From the NCBI GenBank assembly GCA_963812605.1, contig CAWEWF010000008.1, forward strand, positions 185,107-249,106: a stretch of DNA of 64,000 nt, given 5' to 3'. Below are positions 33,476-43,637 of this stretch, one piece after another. Under the pieces are notes generated by a model. That model was not told the origin of the DNA, did no database searches, and saw nothing but the letters and a program-made list of their open reading frames with translations. This DNA is from an uncultured Verrucomicrobiae bacterium (lineage in GTDB: Bacteria; Verrucomicrobiota; Verrucomicrobiia; Palsa-1439). How positions within the stretch are numbered: the stretch's first letter is position 1; each line of letters opens with the position of its first letter. Made by a program: the position numbers and the translations under genes.

Positions 33476-34246
33476 ATGTTGGAAACGGCCATCGAGGCGG
33501 CGAGCGCCGCGGGGAAATTGTTGCGGAAGAATTTTGGCTCGACGCTGAACGTCAACCTCGCCACGCAACACGACATCAAGCTGGAGATCGACGAGCAGGC
33601 GCAGGAGGTCATCACCCGGGTCATTCTCGCGGATTTTCCCGACCATTGCATTCTCGGCGAAGAAGCGGTGACCGGGAATCCAAACGCGGATGTGCGCTGG
33701 GTCGTCGATCCTCTCGATGGGACGGTGAACTATTTCTACGGCATCCCGCATTACGCGGTGTCCATCGCGGCACAGGTGCGATGTGCCCCCGATCATTGGG
33801 AGACAATCGCCGGTGTGGTGCTTGCGCCGGAGATTGATGAATTGTTCGCGTCGGCGAAGGAACAGCCGGCGACGTTGAACGGTCGGCCGATTCAAGTGAG
33901 TAATCGGACGGACATTGGCGAGGCTATTGTCGTGATGGGATTTTTCAAGAGCACAAGAACGATTGACCAGGGCCTGCAAAGTTTTGGCCGGATCATCCAC
34001 CAGGTGCGCAAGATTCGCCTGATGGGCGCGGCGGCGCTGGATGTGGCGTATGTGGCTTGCGGCCGTTTCGACGCGTATGTGGAATACGGCATCAAGCTCT
34101 GGGACATCGCCGCCGGCCAACTCATCCTCGAAAACGCCGGGGGTCGCGTGGAAAGCAAACCTCTTCCCGAGCCGCATTCCTTTGATGTGCAGATGTGGAA
34201 TGGAAAGATACCGCTGGCGGAATTATTACAACCGGCCCAGCCGTGA
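33476..34246 (+). CDS. suhB: Inositol monophosphatase family
   Basis: GEE, WVVDPLDGTVNY, GAAALD, WDIAAG. Confidence 0.9.
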   Translation: MLETAIEAASAAGKLLRKNFGSTLNVNLATQHDIKLEIDEQAQEVITRVILADFPDHCILGEEAVTGNPNADVRWVVDPLDGTVNYFYGIPHYAVSIAAQVRCAPDHWETIAGVVLAPEIDELFASAKEQPATLNGRPIQVSNRTDIGEAIVVMGFFKSTRTIDQGLQSFGRIIHQVRKIRLMGAAALDVAYVACGRFDAYVEYGIKLWDIAAGQLILENAGGRVESKPLPEPHSFDVQMWNGKIPLAELLQPAQP

Positions 34247-34274
34247 GATGTGGCATCGCGACGGAACCGACGGC

Positions 34275-34736
34275 CTATTTTTTTCCCAGCATCCGCGCCC
34301 AGAAGCCCGCCGGTTTGGCCAATTGCGTCACGGACCCGCGACACTTCGGGCAAACCGTCGATAATTTGCCGGCGACCTGCTGCGAGAGCAGTTTCGACTC
34401 CGGCCAGACCGCGCCGCAGTTGGGGTTGTTGCAACGGTATTGTCCGCCCTTGCCGGGTTTTCCAAGAGTCGCGACCGACGGGCCGACATCGGCGACAGGT
34501 GCCGGCGCCTCGGCGGGTGCCTCGGCTCGCAGGCGCGGCAAAGTCCGCGCTCCCGGCTTTACCGGCTGCACCGCTCCCCCCGACTGTTGGCCTGCCGACT
34601 GCGGTGCCTGGGCCTTGGCGAGCGACGGAATGGTCACTACGGCCTGGCAGCCAGGGCAATTGATTTGTAGTCCAGCGCCCGATTCATCAATCTTGATGCG
34701 CTGCTTGCAATGCGGACATTCAAAACGGATATCCAT
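34275..34736 (-). CDS. Double zinc-ribbon hypothetical protein
   Basis: CPHC..CPGC at the N-terminus, CNNPNC..CPKC at the C-terminus, Pro/Ala linker between. Confidence 0.7.
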   Translation of the reverse strand: MDIRFECPHCKQRIKIDESGAGLQINCPGCQAVVTIPSLAKAQAPQSAGQQSGGAVQPVKPGARTLPRLRAEAPAEAPAPVADVGPSVATLGKPGKGGQYRCNNPNCGAVWPESKLLSQQVAGKLSTVCPKCRGSVTQLAKPAGFWARMLGKK

Positions 34737-34788
34737 AATTCCAAACTACATTGTAAGAGTCCGTCTGGCAAAGTAAAGTTCATCCTTC

Positions 34789-36195
34789 ATGAACGGCGCG
34801 CTGATAAATCCCTGGAGAGGGCTGGTTCTGGCAACTGCGGAACCGCACCCCTTGATGGTCGCGCCATTCGTTCTCCTGCTCCTGGCGATCGCGCTGCTGC
34901 CATTCGTCCTCAAGCACCATTGGGAAAACCACTACCCGAAAGTGGCCATCGGCCTGGGGCTGATCACCGTGGCTTATTACGTGCTGATTTTACACAACAC
35001 GCCACGGATGCTCCTGGGTCTGATCGACTACGTCGGCTTCATGGCGTTGATCGGATCGTTGTATATAATCGCGGGCGGCATTCATATTAATATGACAGGT
35101 CGCTCGACGCCCACGGTCAACACCGGTTTGCTGGCGCTCGGCGTGATCCTTGCGAATATCCTCGGCACCACGGGCGCATCGATGTTGTTGATTCGGCCCT
35201 TTTTGCGAATCAACAAGCCACGCATCGCGCCGCATCACGTCGTGTTCTTTATCTTCCTCGTCAGCAATATCGGCGGGGCGCTGACGCCCATCGGCGATCC
35301 GCCGTTGTTTCTGGGTTACCTGAAAGGCGTGCCGTTTTTCTGGTTGATGCAAAGGCCGCAAGTGATGTTGGCGTGGTTGCTCTGCGTGGGTGTGTTGCTC
35401 GGGCTGTTTTTTATCATCGACTCATCCAACTTCCACCGGCACAAGTTTGCTGTCGCCAAGCAGGCCAGGGACCGCATCGAGCTGGAAGGCTCGCACAATT
35501 TCCTCTGGTTGTTCGTCATCATCGCGCTTGTGCTCGCGCAAAAGTCAGAATGGCTCGCACGATTGGAGCATTGGCCGGCCATGGCCTCCCTCGGAGACAC
35601 GTTGGGCTGGAGCGCTGCCAAGGCAGCGGCAAGCTTCACGACGCTGATCACCGCCTTTTTGATGATTGGGGTGGCGAGGTTGTCGCATAAGTTCGCCAAT
35701 CGGGATGCGTTGAGGGAGAACCAGTTTGATTTCGTTCCCTTGCGCGAGGTTGGACTGCTGTTCGTGGGCATCTTCGCGACGATGGTGCCGGCGCTGGACT
35801 TGTTGGAGAATCATGCTGCCAGCCTCGGCATTGCCACGGTGCGGGAATTTTATTGGGGCAGCGGATCTCTGTCCGCCATACTGGATAGTGCGCCCGCGTA
35901 TCTCAATTTCCTGGCCGCCGCGTTTGGCTTGCGGCACATGTCGTTGGAAAACCCGGCGCATGTGCAGGCCTTCTTGCTCAATCCGGACACGTGGAAATAT
36001 GTCGTCGCCGTGTCGCTGGGTTCGGTCTTCTTCGGCGCCGTGAGCTACATCGGCAACGGGCCGAATTTCATGGTCAAGAGCATCGCTGAATCCGCGGGAG
36101 TGAAATGCCCCAGCTTCTTCGGTTACGTCATCAAATACGCGCTGCCCATCCTGATCCCGCTGCTTGCAATCGTGTCTTGGCTGTTCTTGAGCTGA
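34789..36195 (+). CDS. Ion-transporter superfamily (putative Na+/H+ antiporter, CitMHS-like)
   Basis: GTTGASMLLIRP, SNIGGALTPIGDPPLFLG, SYIGNGPNFMVK. Confidence 0.85.
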   Translation: MNGALINPWRGLVLATAEPHPLMVAPFVLLLLAIALLPFVLKHHWENHYPKVAIGLGLITVAYYVLILHNTPRMLLGLIDYVGFMALIGSLYIIAGGIHINMTGRSTPTVNTGLLALGVILANILGTTGASMLLIRPFLRINKPRIAPHHVVFFIFLVSNIGGALTPIGDPPLFLGYLKGVPFFWLMQRPQVMLAWLLCVGVLLGLFFIIDSSNFHRHKFAVAKQARDRIELEGSHNFLWLFVIIALVLAQKSEWLARLEHWPAMASLGDTLGWSAAKAAASFTTLITAFLMIGVARLSHKFANRDALRENQFDFVPLREVGLLFVGIFATMVPALDLLENHAASLGIATVREFYWGSGSLSAILDSAPAYLNFLAAAFGLRHMSLENPAHVQAFLLNPDTWKYVVAVSLGSVFFGAVSYIGNGPNFMVKSIAESAGVKCPSFFGYVIKYALPILIPLLAIVSWLFLS

Positions 36196-36234
36196 CTCTC
36201 TCACCGCTACGCTGCCCGGCTTACAAGATTGGGG

Positions 36235-37449
36235 TCAGTTAACCACAAGTTCCGGCAGGCGATAGGCTGCGGCGCGGTCCGCTGCCGTCTGCGTTGCGTT
36301 GCCGTCTCCAGCGCTGACGGCTTCTGCGCCTTCGGCGGCTGCCAACAGTTCTTCCTCCGTCCACGGCTGGCCCTTGGGCGAACGGCATTGCGGGAGCGAA
36401 CCCATGCGCTTGAGGAATTCTTCCTTCGCAATGGCCCTCTGGTAAGCCTCGGCGGGCTCCACGATGTCTTTGGCGACAAGATCCAAAAGCGAATCGTTCA
36501 GCGAGCACATGCCTTCTTTGCGCCCCATCTGGATGAAGTTGGGAATCTGTTGCAGTTTGCCCTCGCGAATATTCGCGCTGAGTGCGTAACTGCCCATCAG
36601 AATCTCCAGCGCCGCGACGCGTCCGCCACCTTTCTTCTTGCACAAGGTTTGGGAGACAACGCCCTTCAAACCTTCTGCCAGGCTGGTACGGACTTGCGGC
36701 TGTTCGTCTGCGGGGAATTGGTTGATGAGCCGGTCCACCGTCATGTGCGCGCTGTTGGTGTGCAGCGTGCCGAAAACCAAATGCCCCGTCTCGGCCGTTT
36801 CGAGCGCGATGGCCACGGTTTCGACATCGCGCATTTCGCCGACAAGCACGATGTCGGGATCCTCGCGCAACGCCGCCCGCAACGCGCGCTTGAAGCCGTC
36901 GGTGTGGGAATGAACTTCACGCTGGTTGAGGAGGCATTTCTTGTTCGGGTGCACGAACTCGATCGGGTCTTCAATGGTAATGATGTGGTCCGTGCGGTGT
37001 TCGTTGATGAAATCAATCAGCGCCGCCAGCGTGGTCGATTTTCCGCTGCCGGTCGGCCCGGTGACGAGCACGAGGCCCTTTTGCAGGAAACAGAGTTTCT
37101 TGATGGTATCGGGCAGACCCAAATCTTTGAAACTGCGGATCTTCGAGGGGATGAGGCGGAAGACTGCGCCGATGCCATTGCGGTCGGCGAATACATTACA
37201 GCGAAAGCGCGCCGCGCCGCTCAGGTCGTAGGCAAAGTCGGTATCGTGAGACTGTTCCCATTCGACACGGTTGCGTTCGGGCAGTATCTCATAAATGAGC
37301 GATTTGACGGCGTCAGCCGTGAGAATTTCCTTACCGACGGTGGTCATCGTCCCGCCGATGCGGAAGGTGGGGCGATTCCCGCTGGAGAGATGGAAATCCG
37401 AAGCGTTCTTGGTCACCATTTCGCGGAAGTACTCGTCTAATTTAGGCAT
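36235..37449 (-). CDS. pilT: Type IV pilus retraction ATPase
   Basis: GPTGSGKSTT, IEDPIE, ALREDPD, GEMRD, TGHLVFGTLHT. Confidence 0.95.
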   Translation of the reverse strand: MPKLDEYFREMVTKNASDFHLSSGNRPTFRIGGTMTTVGKEILTADAVKSLIYEILPERNRVEWEQSHDTDFAYDLSGAARFRCNVFADRNGIGAVFRLIPSKIRSFKDLGLPDTIKKLCFLQKGLVLVTGPTGSGKSTTLAALIDFINEHRTDHIITIEDPIEFVHPNKKCLLNQREVHSHTDGFKRALRAALREDPDIVLVGEMRDVETVAIALETAETGHLVFGTLHTNSAHMTVDRLINQFPADEQPQVRTSLAEGLKGVVSQTLCKKKGGGRVAALEILMGSYALSANIREGKLQQIPNFIQMGRKEGMCSLNDSLLDLVAKDIVEPAEAYQRAIAKEEFLKRMGSLPQCRSPKGQPWTEEELLAAAEGAEAVSAGDGNATQTAADRAAAYRLPELVVN

Positions 37450-37509
37450 GGGGCAAATTAAAGCAGGGGCGATGCCATGATATAGACGGCCCGGAAGGGC
37501 ATACAGGAC

Positions 37510-37642
37510 AGCAGTGTCTTAATTAGTCGCATCACTCATCGTTCGTGTTTTGTAGCCGAAGCGTAAGCTTCGGGAATCCACATTGCTACCACCGAAGCTT
37601 ACGCTTCGGCTACAGTTGGCGGCTGAAAATTAAGACATCACC
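37510..37642. repeat. REP doublet (REPIN-like) in MITE-like IR shell
   Basis: GTAGCCGAAGCGTAAGCTTCGG (37552-73), an 18-bp spacer, then the inverted copy (37592-613). Outer IRs are AGCAGTGTCTTAATT and AATTAAGACATCACC. Confidence 0.85.
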
Positions 37643-37782
37643 AACACGGCCTTGAACTGGATCGCGCAACGGCTTAGAATCGGGATAGTGTTTCAGTCAC
37701 TGACTGATGGGCATGGCGCTACGGTGAAAGAGTGCAGTTGACCCCAGTAACTGCCTCGACTGATACGCTGGCGCTAAAAGCA

Positions 37783-39266
37783 ATGCAATCAAGAATCAAC
37801 TGCATCATCGCACTTATTTTCAGTTTGTGTCTCTGGCAGGCTGCTTATCGAATTGTCAACATGGACGTCGGTTCCGATGAATTGACAGTAATCCAGGATG
37901 TGCAAACGCCGGGACATTCCAGGTTTTTCTTCACGCATGTAGAGGCCGATAGCAATAATCCCCAATACTCCTTCAGCAAACATTTTCTTATGGCCCTGAT
38001 CGCAGAGCCATGCGTCAGGTTGCTGCCGCTCGACGAAGTCACCGCTTCCCGTCTGCCATCCTTGCTCGGTCTGGTTTTATTCCTGTGCGGGGCCTGGAGA
38101 CTCAAAGATAACTTCACCGGATGGTCCCAGGTACTGGTTGTATCCGCCTTGATCGGCAATGCCTTTTTGCTGGATTTCTTTTCTGTGGCTCGAGGATATG
38201 GGCTGGCCATGGGAGCCACTGCCCTTTCGCTTTCTTATTTGGTACAATTTTGGTACAATCCTCCGGATCCTCAAGCGGCTACCCCAAGCGGCTACCCCAA
38301 GCGGCTACCTGGGCGTTGGTGTGGGCTGGCGTCTCGGCATTGGCCTGTCTGTCCTGGACATACTACTTCGTGGCGGTACTGGCGATTCTTTGGTTGCTCA
38401 AATGGCAGAAATGCGAACGCCTTGAGGGATTAAGCTGGTTGGGTAGCTCCCTATTCGGCCTTGCGATTCTGGTCTTGTATGTTTTTCCAAGAATCATCTA
38501 CGCCAGCCAAGCCAAATTCATACTCGATGAGGGTGGGAATCCGATCCAATTTGGATTTTTCGGGGAAACGATCTTGTCACTACTGGACTATTGCAGCTAC
38601 GGACAGTGGGCTGCGGAAACCCTGGTCGTAGCCGGCTGGTTTATCGCGTGGATGATCGTCTTGCTGGGGATTCATGCCTGGCAATACGACAAGGTCGAAA
38701 TGAAGATATTGTCAGCCGTTATGGTGACCGTCTTTATCATTTCCGAATTGGCCGCGATGTTCGGAGGGGTTCAATTGCTACGGGAAAGAACAGCGCTGTT
38801 TTTCCTGCCGATGTTTATCCTCCTGATTGCTTTCGCCGCCCAAGAATACCACTCCAAGGCACTATGGGCTTTTTTGGCATTGGCCTTACTGGTCGGCATG
38901 AAGCCGTATAGCCTGCATTATACCTATATTTGGAGAAGCGGGTCGGATGTTTCCAGCATGATGCAGCGCGTCGAATCGTTCCATAAAAAGACTGGCAAGA
39001 ACGTCGTTTTGGGAATCAGCAATGGGATCAAGTGGAATGTTTGGTACTACGCCCAGAAGCAGCTCCATTTGCCTGATAACGCCGGGAACAAACACGCGAT
39101 TCACGACCGGCAATTTGACTGGCTGACGGTCAAGGAACTGCATCATGGCTCCGGCCCCCCGGTTGTCGGGAATACCAACCTGCTATTCCTCGACCCCACG
39201 GATACGGCTGACATCGGCTTGCGAGGAACCTATTTTCCCTCGTCTGGTTGGACGCTCTCGTGGTAG
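37783..39266 (+). pseudogene. GT-C-like polytopic membrane protein disrupted by a 13-bp tandem repeat
   Basis: 'DELT..SRLPSLL..LLDFFSVARGYG' in ORF 37732..38433 continues in ORF 38121..39266 after the repeat at 38272-38310. Confidence 0.7.
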
Positions 39267-39306
39267 GTTCAAGCAACGGTGATAGCCCGCATTTCTGTTT
39301 GTCTTA

Positions 39307-39544
39307 TCGCTCAATTCATGATCTTTTTGTATTCGGCGGAAGCGCGGGCCAAATCATTAGTGATTTGAAAGGATGTCCTGGAGCAATTTTTCGTTCAATC
39401 CCATCGGATGTCCGATCCAGGCAATGCGTCCTTGCTTGATAACAAACGCATTGGGAATGGTGTGGTTGTTTACCTTTCGTTTCCACAATGTTCCGCCATA
39501 AAGCCGCCTGCTTCCTGGCTCTTGTCATCGAGCGTGACACGATA
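39307..39544 (-). pseudogene. Partial duplicate of tlpA-like 3' end
   Basis: Near-identical direct repeat of 41879-42117. Confidence 0.85.
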
Positions 39545-39744
39545 CGGTTTTTCATGTTTGCGGAAATACTGGAAGGCTGACGTCCAGGTGGAGCAGGGGG
39601 ATTTGCAGAGGACCTTCTGGCCGGAGAGAAGTGTGAGAGGAACTTCTTGCAATGAATGCGGTGCGGGCGTACTTGCTCGGAGTTGAATGACGTGATGGGT
39701 GCCATGGAAAAACATTTACAGAAAGAAGAATGTGCCCCACTTCC

Positions 39745-41703
39745 ATGAAACAATCCTGGAAGACGGCAAGACTCGGCGGCGCGTTCATTGTCTTGTTGAC
39801 GGTGGCTACCTATATACCCGCCATGCGTGGAGGGCTTATCTGGGATGACGGCTTCCTGATCACCGAAAATCGAATGGTTCAAGCTCGCGATGGATTGTAC
39901 CGGTTCTGGTGTACGACGGAAGCCTCGGATTACTATCCATTGACATCAACCTTGTCGTGGCTGGAGTGGCGGCTATGGGCGAAACTTGCTGCGGGCTACC
40001 ATGTCGTCAATGTACTGCTCCATGCCATCAACGCACTGCTGGTATGGATGGTCCTGCGACGACTAAAGATTCCGGGAGCATGGCTGGCTGCGCTGTTGTT
40101 TGCGCTTCACCCCGTAAACGTGGCCACCGTGGCCTGGGTCAGCGAACAGAAGAACATTCTCTCAATGCTCTTCTATCTGACGGCGATCCTTTTCTACCTG
40201 CGGTTCCTCGAAGAGGACCGCCAGCCCCGAGCGGTCGTGCGGGCCTGGTACGCTTTTTCATTGGTGAGCTTTCTGCTGGCTCTGCTCAGCAAGACCGCGG
40301 TCGTCATGCTGCCAGTTGTGCTGTTGGGCTGCGTCTGGTGGACCCGAGGCCGGTTGCGAGGGAAAGATCTCATAGGCATTGTTCCGTTCTTTACTCTATC
40401 TTTGGTCGCTGGATTGGTGACGATCTGGTTTCAGCGATATCGGGCATTGGCAGGACACGCAATTCGGACGGAAGGTTTCCTCCCCCGCCTGCTCGCGGCT
40501 GGCTGGGTGCCTTGGTTTTATCTCTGCAAGGCCCTGCTGCCAGTGAATTTAATGGTCGTTTATCCGAAATGGAACGTGGACGTTTCCCGTCCGTCCTCTT
40601 ACCTGCCCGGTTTGGTTCTGATGGCTTGCTTCGCTGTTTTCTGGTGGAAACGTACTGCGTGGGGACGGCCATTGTTGTTCGGTTTGGGCTATTTCGTGGT
40701 GACCTTGTTCCCGGTGATGGGATTCTTCGATCAGGGATTTTATCTATACTCGCTCGTGGCCGATCATTGGCAATACTACGCGATTGTCGCGCCGATTGCC
40801 CTGGTGGTCGCCGGCGGGGAGAGCATCTGTCGCCGACTGGCTGAGCAAAGATCACGCTACTATTTGGGGACAGCGGCTGCCGTGGCTGTGCTCGTGGCGC
40901 TGGAAGCGACAAGTTGGAAACGCGCCCGGCTTTACGAAGACGCTGAAAGGCTCTGGAGAGACTCACTGGCACGGAATCCGAGCGCTTGGATCGTGCACAT
41001 CAACCTGGGGCATGTCTTTTTGGATGAGGGCAACCCACAGGAAGCAGCCGAGCAGTTCGAGCAAGCGCTGCGCATTGAGCCCAACCTTTACACAGCGCAG
41101 ACCGATCTGGGTGTGGCCCTTTGGCGAATGGGCAAACCGCAAGAGGCGATCAGCCACTACGAGCAATCGGTGCAACTCGAACCGGATTACGCCGATGCGC
41201 ACTACAATTGGGGGGCAGCCCTGCGGCGGACAGGCAAGCCGCAGCAGGCAATCGAACAGTTCCAACAGGCGTTACGAACCATGCCGGATGATGCTGAGAC
41301 ACACAATGAGTTGGCACTTGCCTTGTCGGAAGTAGGCAAACCGAACGAGGCTGTTGGACATTGGGAACAAGCAATCCAGCTTAGGCCCGATTACGCCGAG
41401 GCGAAGAACAACCTCGCCTGGTTGTTGGCCACAATCGCTCCGACGGAAGGCGGTGACCCTCTACGAGCCGTAAGTTTGGCGGAGGAAGCCTGTCAGCTCA
41501 CGGAAAATCGGATGCCAACGTACTTGGACACCCTCGCCGTAGCCTACGCAGCCACTGGCCGGTTCAACGATGCGATTGCCACCGCCGGAAAGGCCGTCGA
41601 AGTGGCTCGCGCCGCTGGCCAGCAACAGGAGGTCAGTGAGCTCGAGACACGGCTGCAATTATATCGCAGCGGGCATCCGTACCGTCTTCCTGCCAGCCCA
41701 TAA
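39745..41703 (+). CDS. TMTC-like membrane glycosyltransferase with TPRs
   Basis: 'IWDD', 'YYPLT', 'YHVVNVLLH', 'FALHPVNV..VAWVSEQK', TPR tail. Confidence 0.88.
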   Translation: MKQSWKTARLGGAFIVLLTVATYIPAMRGGLIWDDGFLITENRMVQARDGLYRFWCTTEASDYYPLTSTLSWLEWRLWAKLAAGYHVVNVLLHAINALLVWMVLRRLKIPGAWLAALLFALHPVNVATVAWVSEQKNILSMLFYLTAILFYLRFLEEDRQPRAVVRAWYAFSLVSFLLALLSKTAVVMLPVVLLGCVWWTRGRLRGKDLIGIVPFFTLSLVAGLVTIWFQRYRALAGHAIRTEGFLPRLLAAGWVPWFYLCKALLPVNLMVVYPKWNVDVSRPSSYLPGLVLMACFAVFWWKRTAWGRPLLFGLGYFVVTLFPVMGFFDQGFYLYSLVADHWQYYAIVAPIALVVAGGESICRRLAEQRSRYYLGTAAAVAVLVALEATSWKRARLYEDAERLWRDSLARNPSAWIVHINLGHVFLDEGNPQEAAEQFEQALRIEPNLYTAQTDLGVALWRMGKPQEAISHYEQSVQLEPDYADAHYNWGAALRRTGKPQQAIEQFQQALRTMPDDAETHNELALALSEVGKPNEAVGHWEQAIQLRPDYAEAKNNLAWLLATIAPTEGGDPLRAVSLAEEACQLTENRMPTYLDTLAVAYAATGRFNDAIATAGKAVEVARAAGQQQEVSELETRLQLYRSGHPYRLPASP

Positions 41704-41928
41704 GCCGCACTCGCCAGCGCCAACCACGAAACATTTTTGTGCGGAAACATTTTCCCCTGGACATCGAATTTCGATAGTTGTATGATCCTGAGTATGGATT
41801 TTCTGGATAGAAAGAGGAATGGGCGAGACAGCTGTCACACACCGGCGAGGGCCGGGGGTGGCATACGGGCTGCATCATTCGCTCAATTCATGATCTTTTT
41901 GTATTCGGCGGAAGCCCGGGCCAAATCA

Positions 41929-42465
41929 TTAGTGATTTGAAAGGATGTCCTGGAGCAGTTTCTCATTCAATCCCATCGGATGTCCGATCCAGGCAATGCG
42001 TCCTTGCTTGATAACAAACGCATTGGGAATGGTGTGGTTGTTCACCTTTCGTTTCCACCAATGTTCCGCCATAAAGCCGTCCGTTTCACGGCTCTTGTCA
42101 TCGAGCGCAACACGGTAGGTCATTTTGTCGCCCATCTTTTTCACGAAGGCCGGGACATCGCTATCATTGTCCCACACGTTTTGTCCGATGACGACGAGGC
42201 CCTGGTTTTTGAATTTCTGCCACAACTCGTTAAGGTGGGGAATGGAGGCGACACAGGGCCCGCACCAGGTGGCCCAGAATTCGACAATGTAAACGTGGTT
42301 GGTCTCGAATTCCTTCACCGGCTCGCCCTGAACCCATTTGCCAACCTGAAGTTTTGGCGCGGGATCGCCGATCGCGAGTTCGGCCTGTGCCATCGGCGCG
42401 GCAACCGCAAAAAAGGCCGCTGCCAGCGCAGCCACCGTTTTCATGAACCCAGGCTTTTGTGGCAT
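41929..42465 (-). CDS. TlpA-family disulfide reductase/redoxin
   Basis: Signal peptide, IGDPAP, EFWATWCGPC, WIGHPM. Confidence 0.9.
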   Translation of the reverse strand: MPQKPGFMKTVAALAAAFFAVAAPMAQAELAIGDPAPKLQVGKWVQGEPVKEFETNHVYIVEFWATWCGPCVASIPHLNELWQKFKNQGLVVIGQNVWDNDSDVPAFVKKMGDKMTYRVALDDKSRETDGFMAEHWWKRKVNNHTIPNAFVIKQGRIAWIGHPMGLNEKLLQDILSNH

Positions 42466-42582
42466 AAGATACTCGTGACTATCAGCGAGCCATTCGGTCT
42501 CGCTGACCGGAATACTATCCTCCCGGATGGCCTCATCAAGCCTTTTGTCGGCGCCAAGGCCAGATTTCTGACTCGCTACATC

Positions 42583-42673
42583 GGTGATGTCTCAATTTGT
42601 ATCCGTCAACTGTAGCCGAAGCGTAAGCTTCGGGAATCCGCATTGCTACCACCGAAGCTTACGCTTCGGCTAC
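42583..42673. repeat. REP doublet, second copy of the 37.5-kb element
   Basis: IR GGTGATGTCTCAATT (42583-97); identical REP arms at 42612-33 and 42652-73. Confidence 0.85.
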
Positions 42674-42707
42674 AAAACCTGCATGGCGACAGTCAAAATG
42701 CACTCGC

Positions 42708-42723
42708 TGGCACACGGGCTGCA
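42708..42723 (+). promoter_or_regulatory. Putative sigma-54 promoter of exeA-exeB
   Basis: TGGCAC-ACGGG-CTGCA has -24/-12 spacing and lies about 60 bp upstream of the ATG. Confidence 0.6.
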
Positions 42724-42785
42724 TCAGACAGCTTGTCAGCAAGCGGAGATGGTGGTAGCATCCACCGCAGTTTGGAGTAAGGGCG

Positions 42786-43637
42786 ATGTATAAAGAATTT
42801 TACGGACTGCGCGAGTATCCGTTCAACATGACGCCGGACCCGGCGTTCCTTTTCCTGAGCCGCCATCATCGCGTCGCCCTCGATGTGCTGCTCTATGGCA
42901 TTCGCGAACGCAAAGGTTTCATCGCGATCACCGGCGAGGTCGGCGCGGGTAAGACCACTCTCTGTCGCGCGCTACTGAATTCACTCGACGCCAATACCAA
43001 AACCGCGCTGATTCTCAATCCGTCCTTGTCCGACTCGCAGGTGTTGCGGTCGATCACCGACGAGTTCCGTTTGCAGCCCGCCAAGACGACGAAGAAGGAC
43101 TTGTACGACACGATCAACGGGTTCCTGTTACGCGAGCTGGCAGCGAACCATAATGTCGCGTTGATCGTGGACGAGGCACAGAGCCTCAAGCCGGGCGTGC
43201 TGGAGCAGATCCGTTTGCTCTCGAACCTGGAGACCGAGAAGGAGAAGCTCCTGCAGATTGTCCTCGTGGGCCAGCCCGAGTTGGCGCAGATCCTCGACCA
43301 GCCGAGTTTGCGGCAGCTCAAGCAGCGCATTTCGCTGCGCTATCACGTCGCCTCGCTCGCTCCCGAGGAAGTCGGTGAATACATCGAGCACCGCTTGCGC
43401 GTGGCCGGCGGCGACGGCCGGATCCAGTGGGCGCCGGAAACATTGACCTTCATTTATTCCTACTCCCGCGGCATTCCGCGCCTGATCAATGTGCTGTGCG
43501 ACAAAGCCCTGCTGGCCGGCTACATCGCGGGGACGTTTGTCATCACCGCGCGGAACATCAAGCGCGCCATCGAAGACACCGAGTGCAAATTGCCGGCAAG
43601 CGCCATCGAACAGATGGCGGGGATAACCACCGCATGA
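42786..43637 (+). CDS. ExeA/GspA-family AAA ATPase
   Basis: MYKEFYGLREYPF..TPDP, GEVGAGKTT, VDEAQ, LVGQPEL, GIPRLIN. Confidence 0.92.
   Translation: MYKEFYGLREYPFNMTPDPAFLFLSRHHRVALDVLLYGIRERKGFIAITGEVGAGKTTLCRALLNSLDANTKTALILNPSLSDSQVLRSITDEFRLQPAKTTKKDLYDTINGFLLRELAANHNVALIVDEAQSLKPGVLEQIRLLSNLETEKEKLLQIVLVGQPELAQILDQPSLRQLKQRISLRYHVASLAPEEVGEYIEHRLRVAGGDGRIQWAPETLTFIYSYSRGIPRLINVLCDKALLAGYIAGTFVITARNIKRAIEDTECKLPASAIEQMAGITTA

Noticed and set aside
41685-41740. Minus-strand 'SWLALASAAYGLA' resembling 'LWLAAASVAYGLA' of 24419..26143
   Set aside because: It could be a gene remnant, but it is too short to distinguish from chance.
37552-42673. Repeated palindromes as a possible CRISPR array
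   Set aside because: They are inverted doublets with near-identical spacers, kilobases apart, and there are no cas genes. They fit REP/REPIN.
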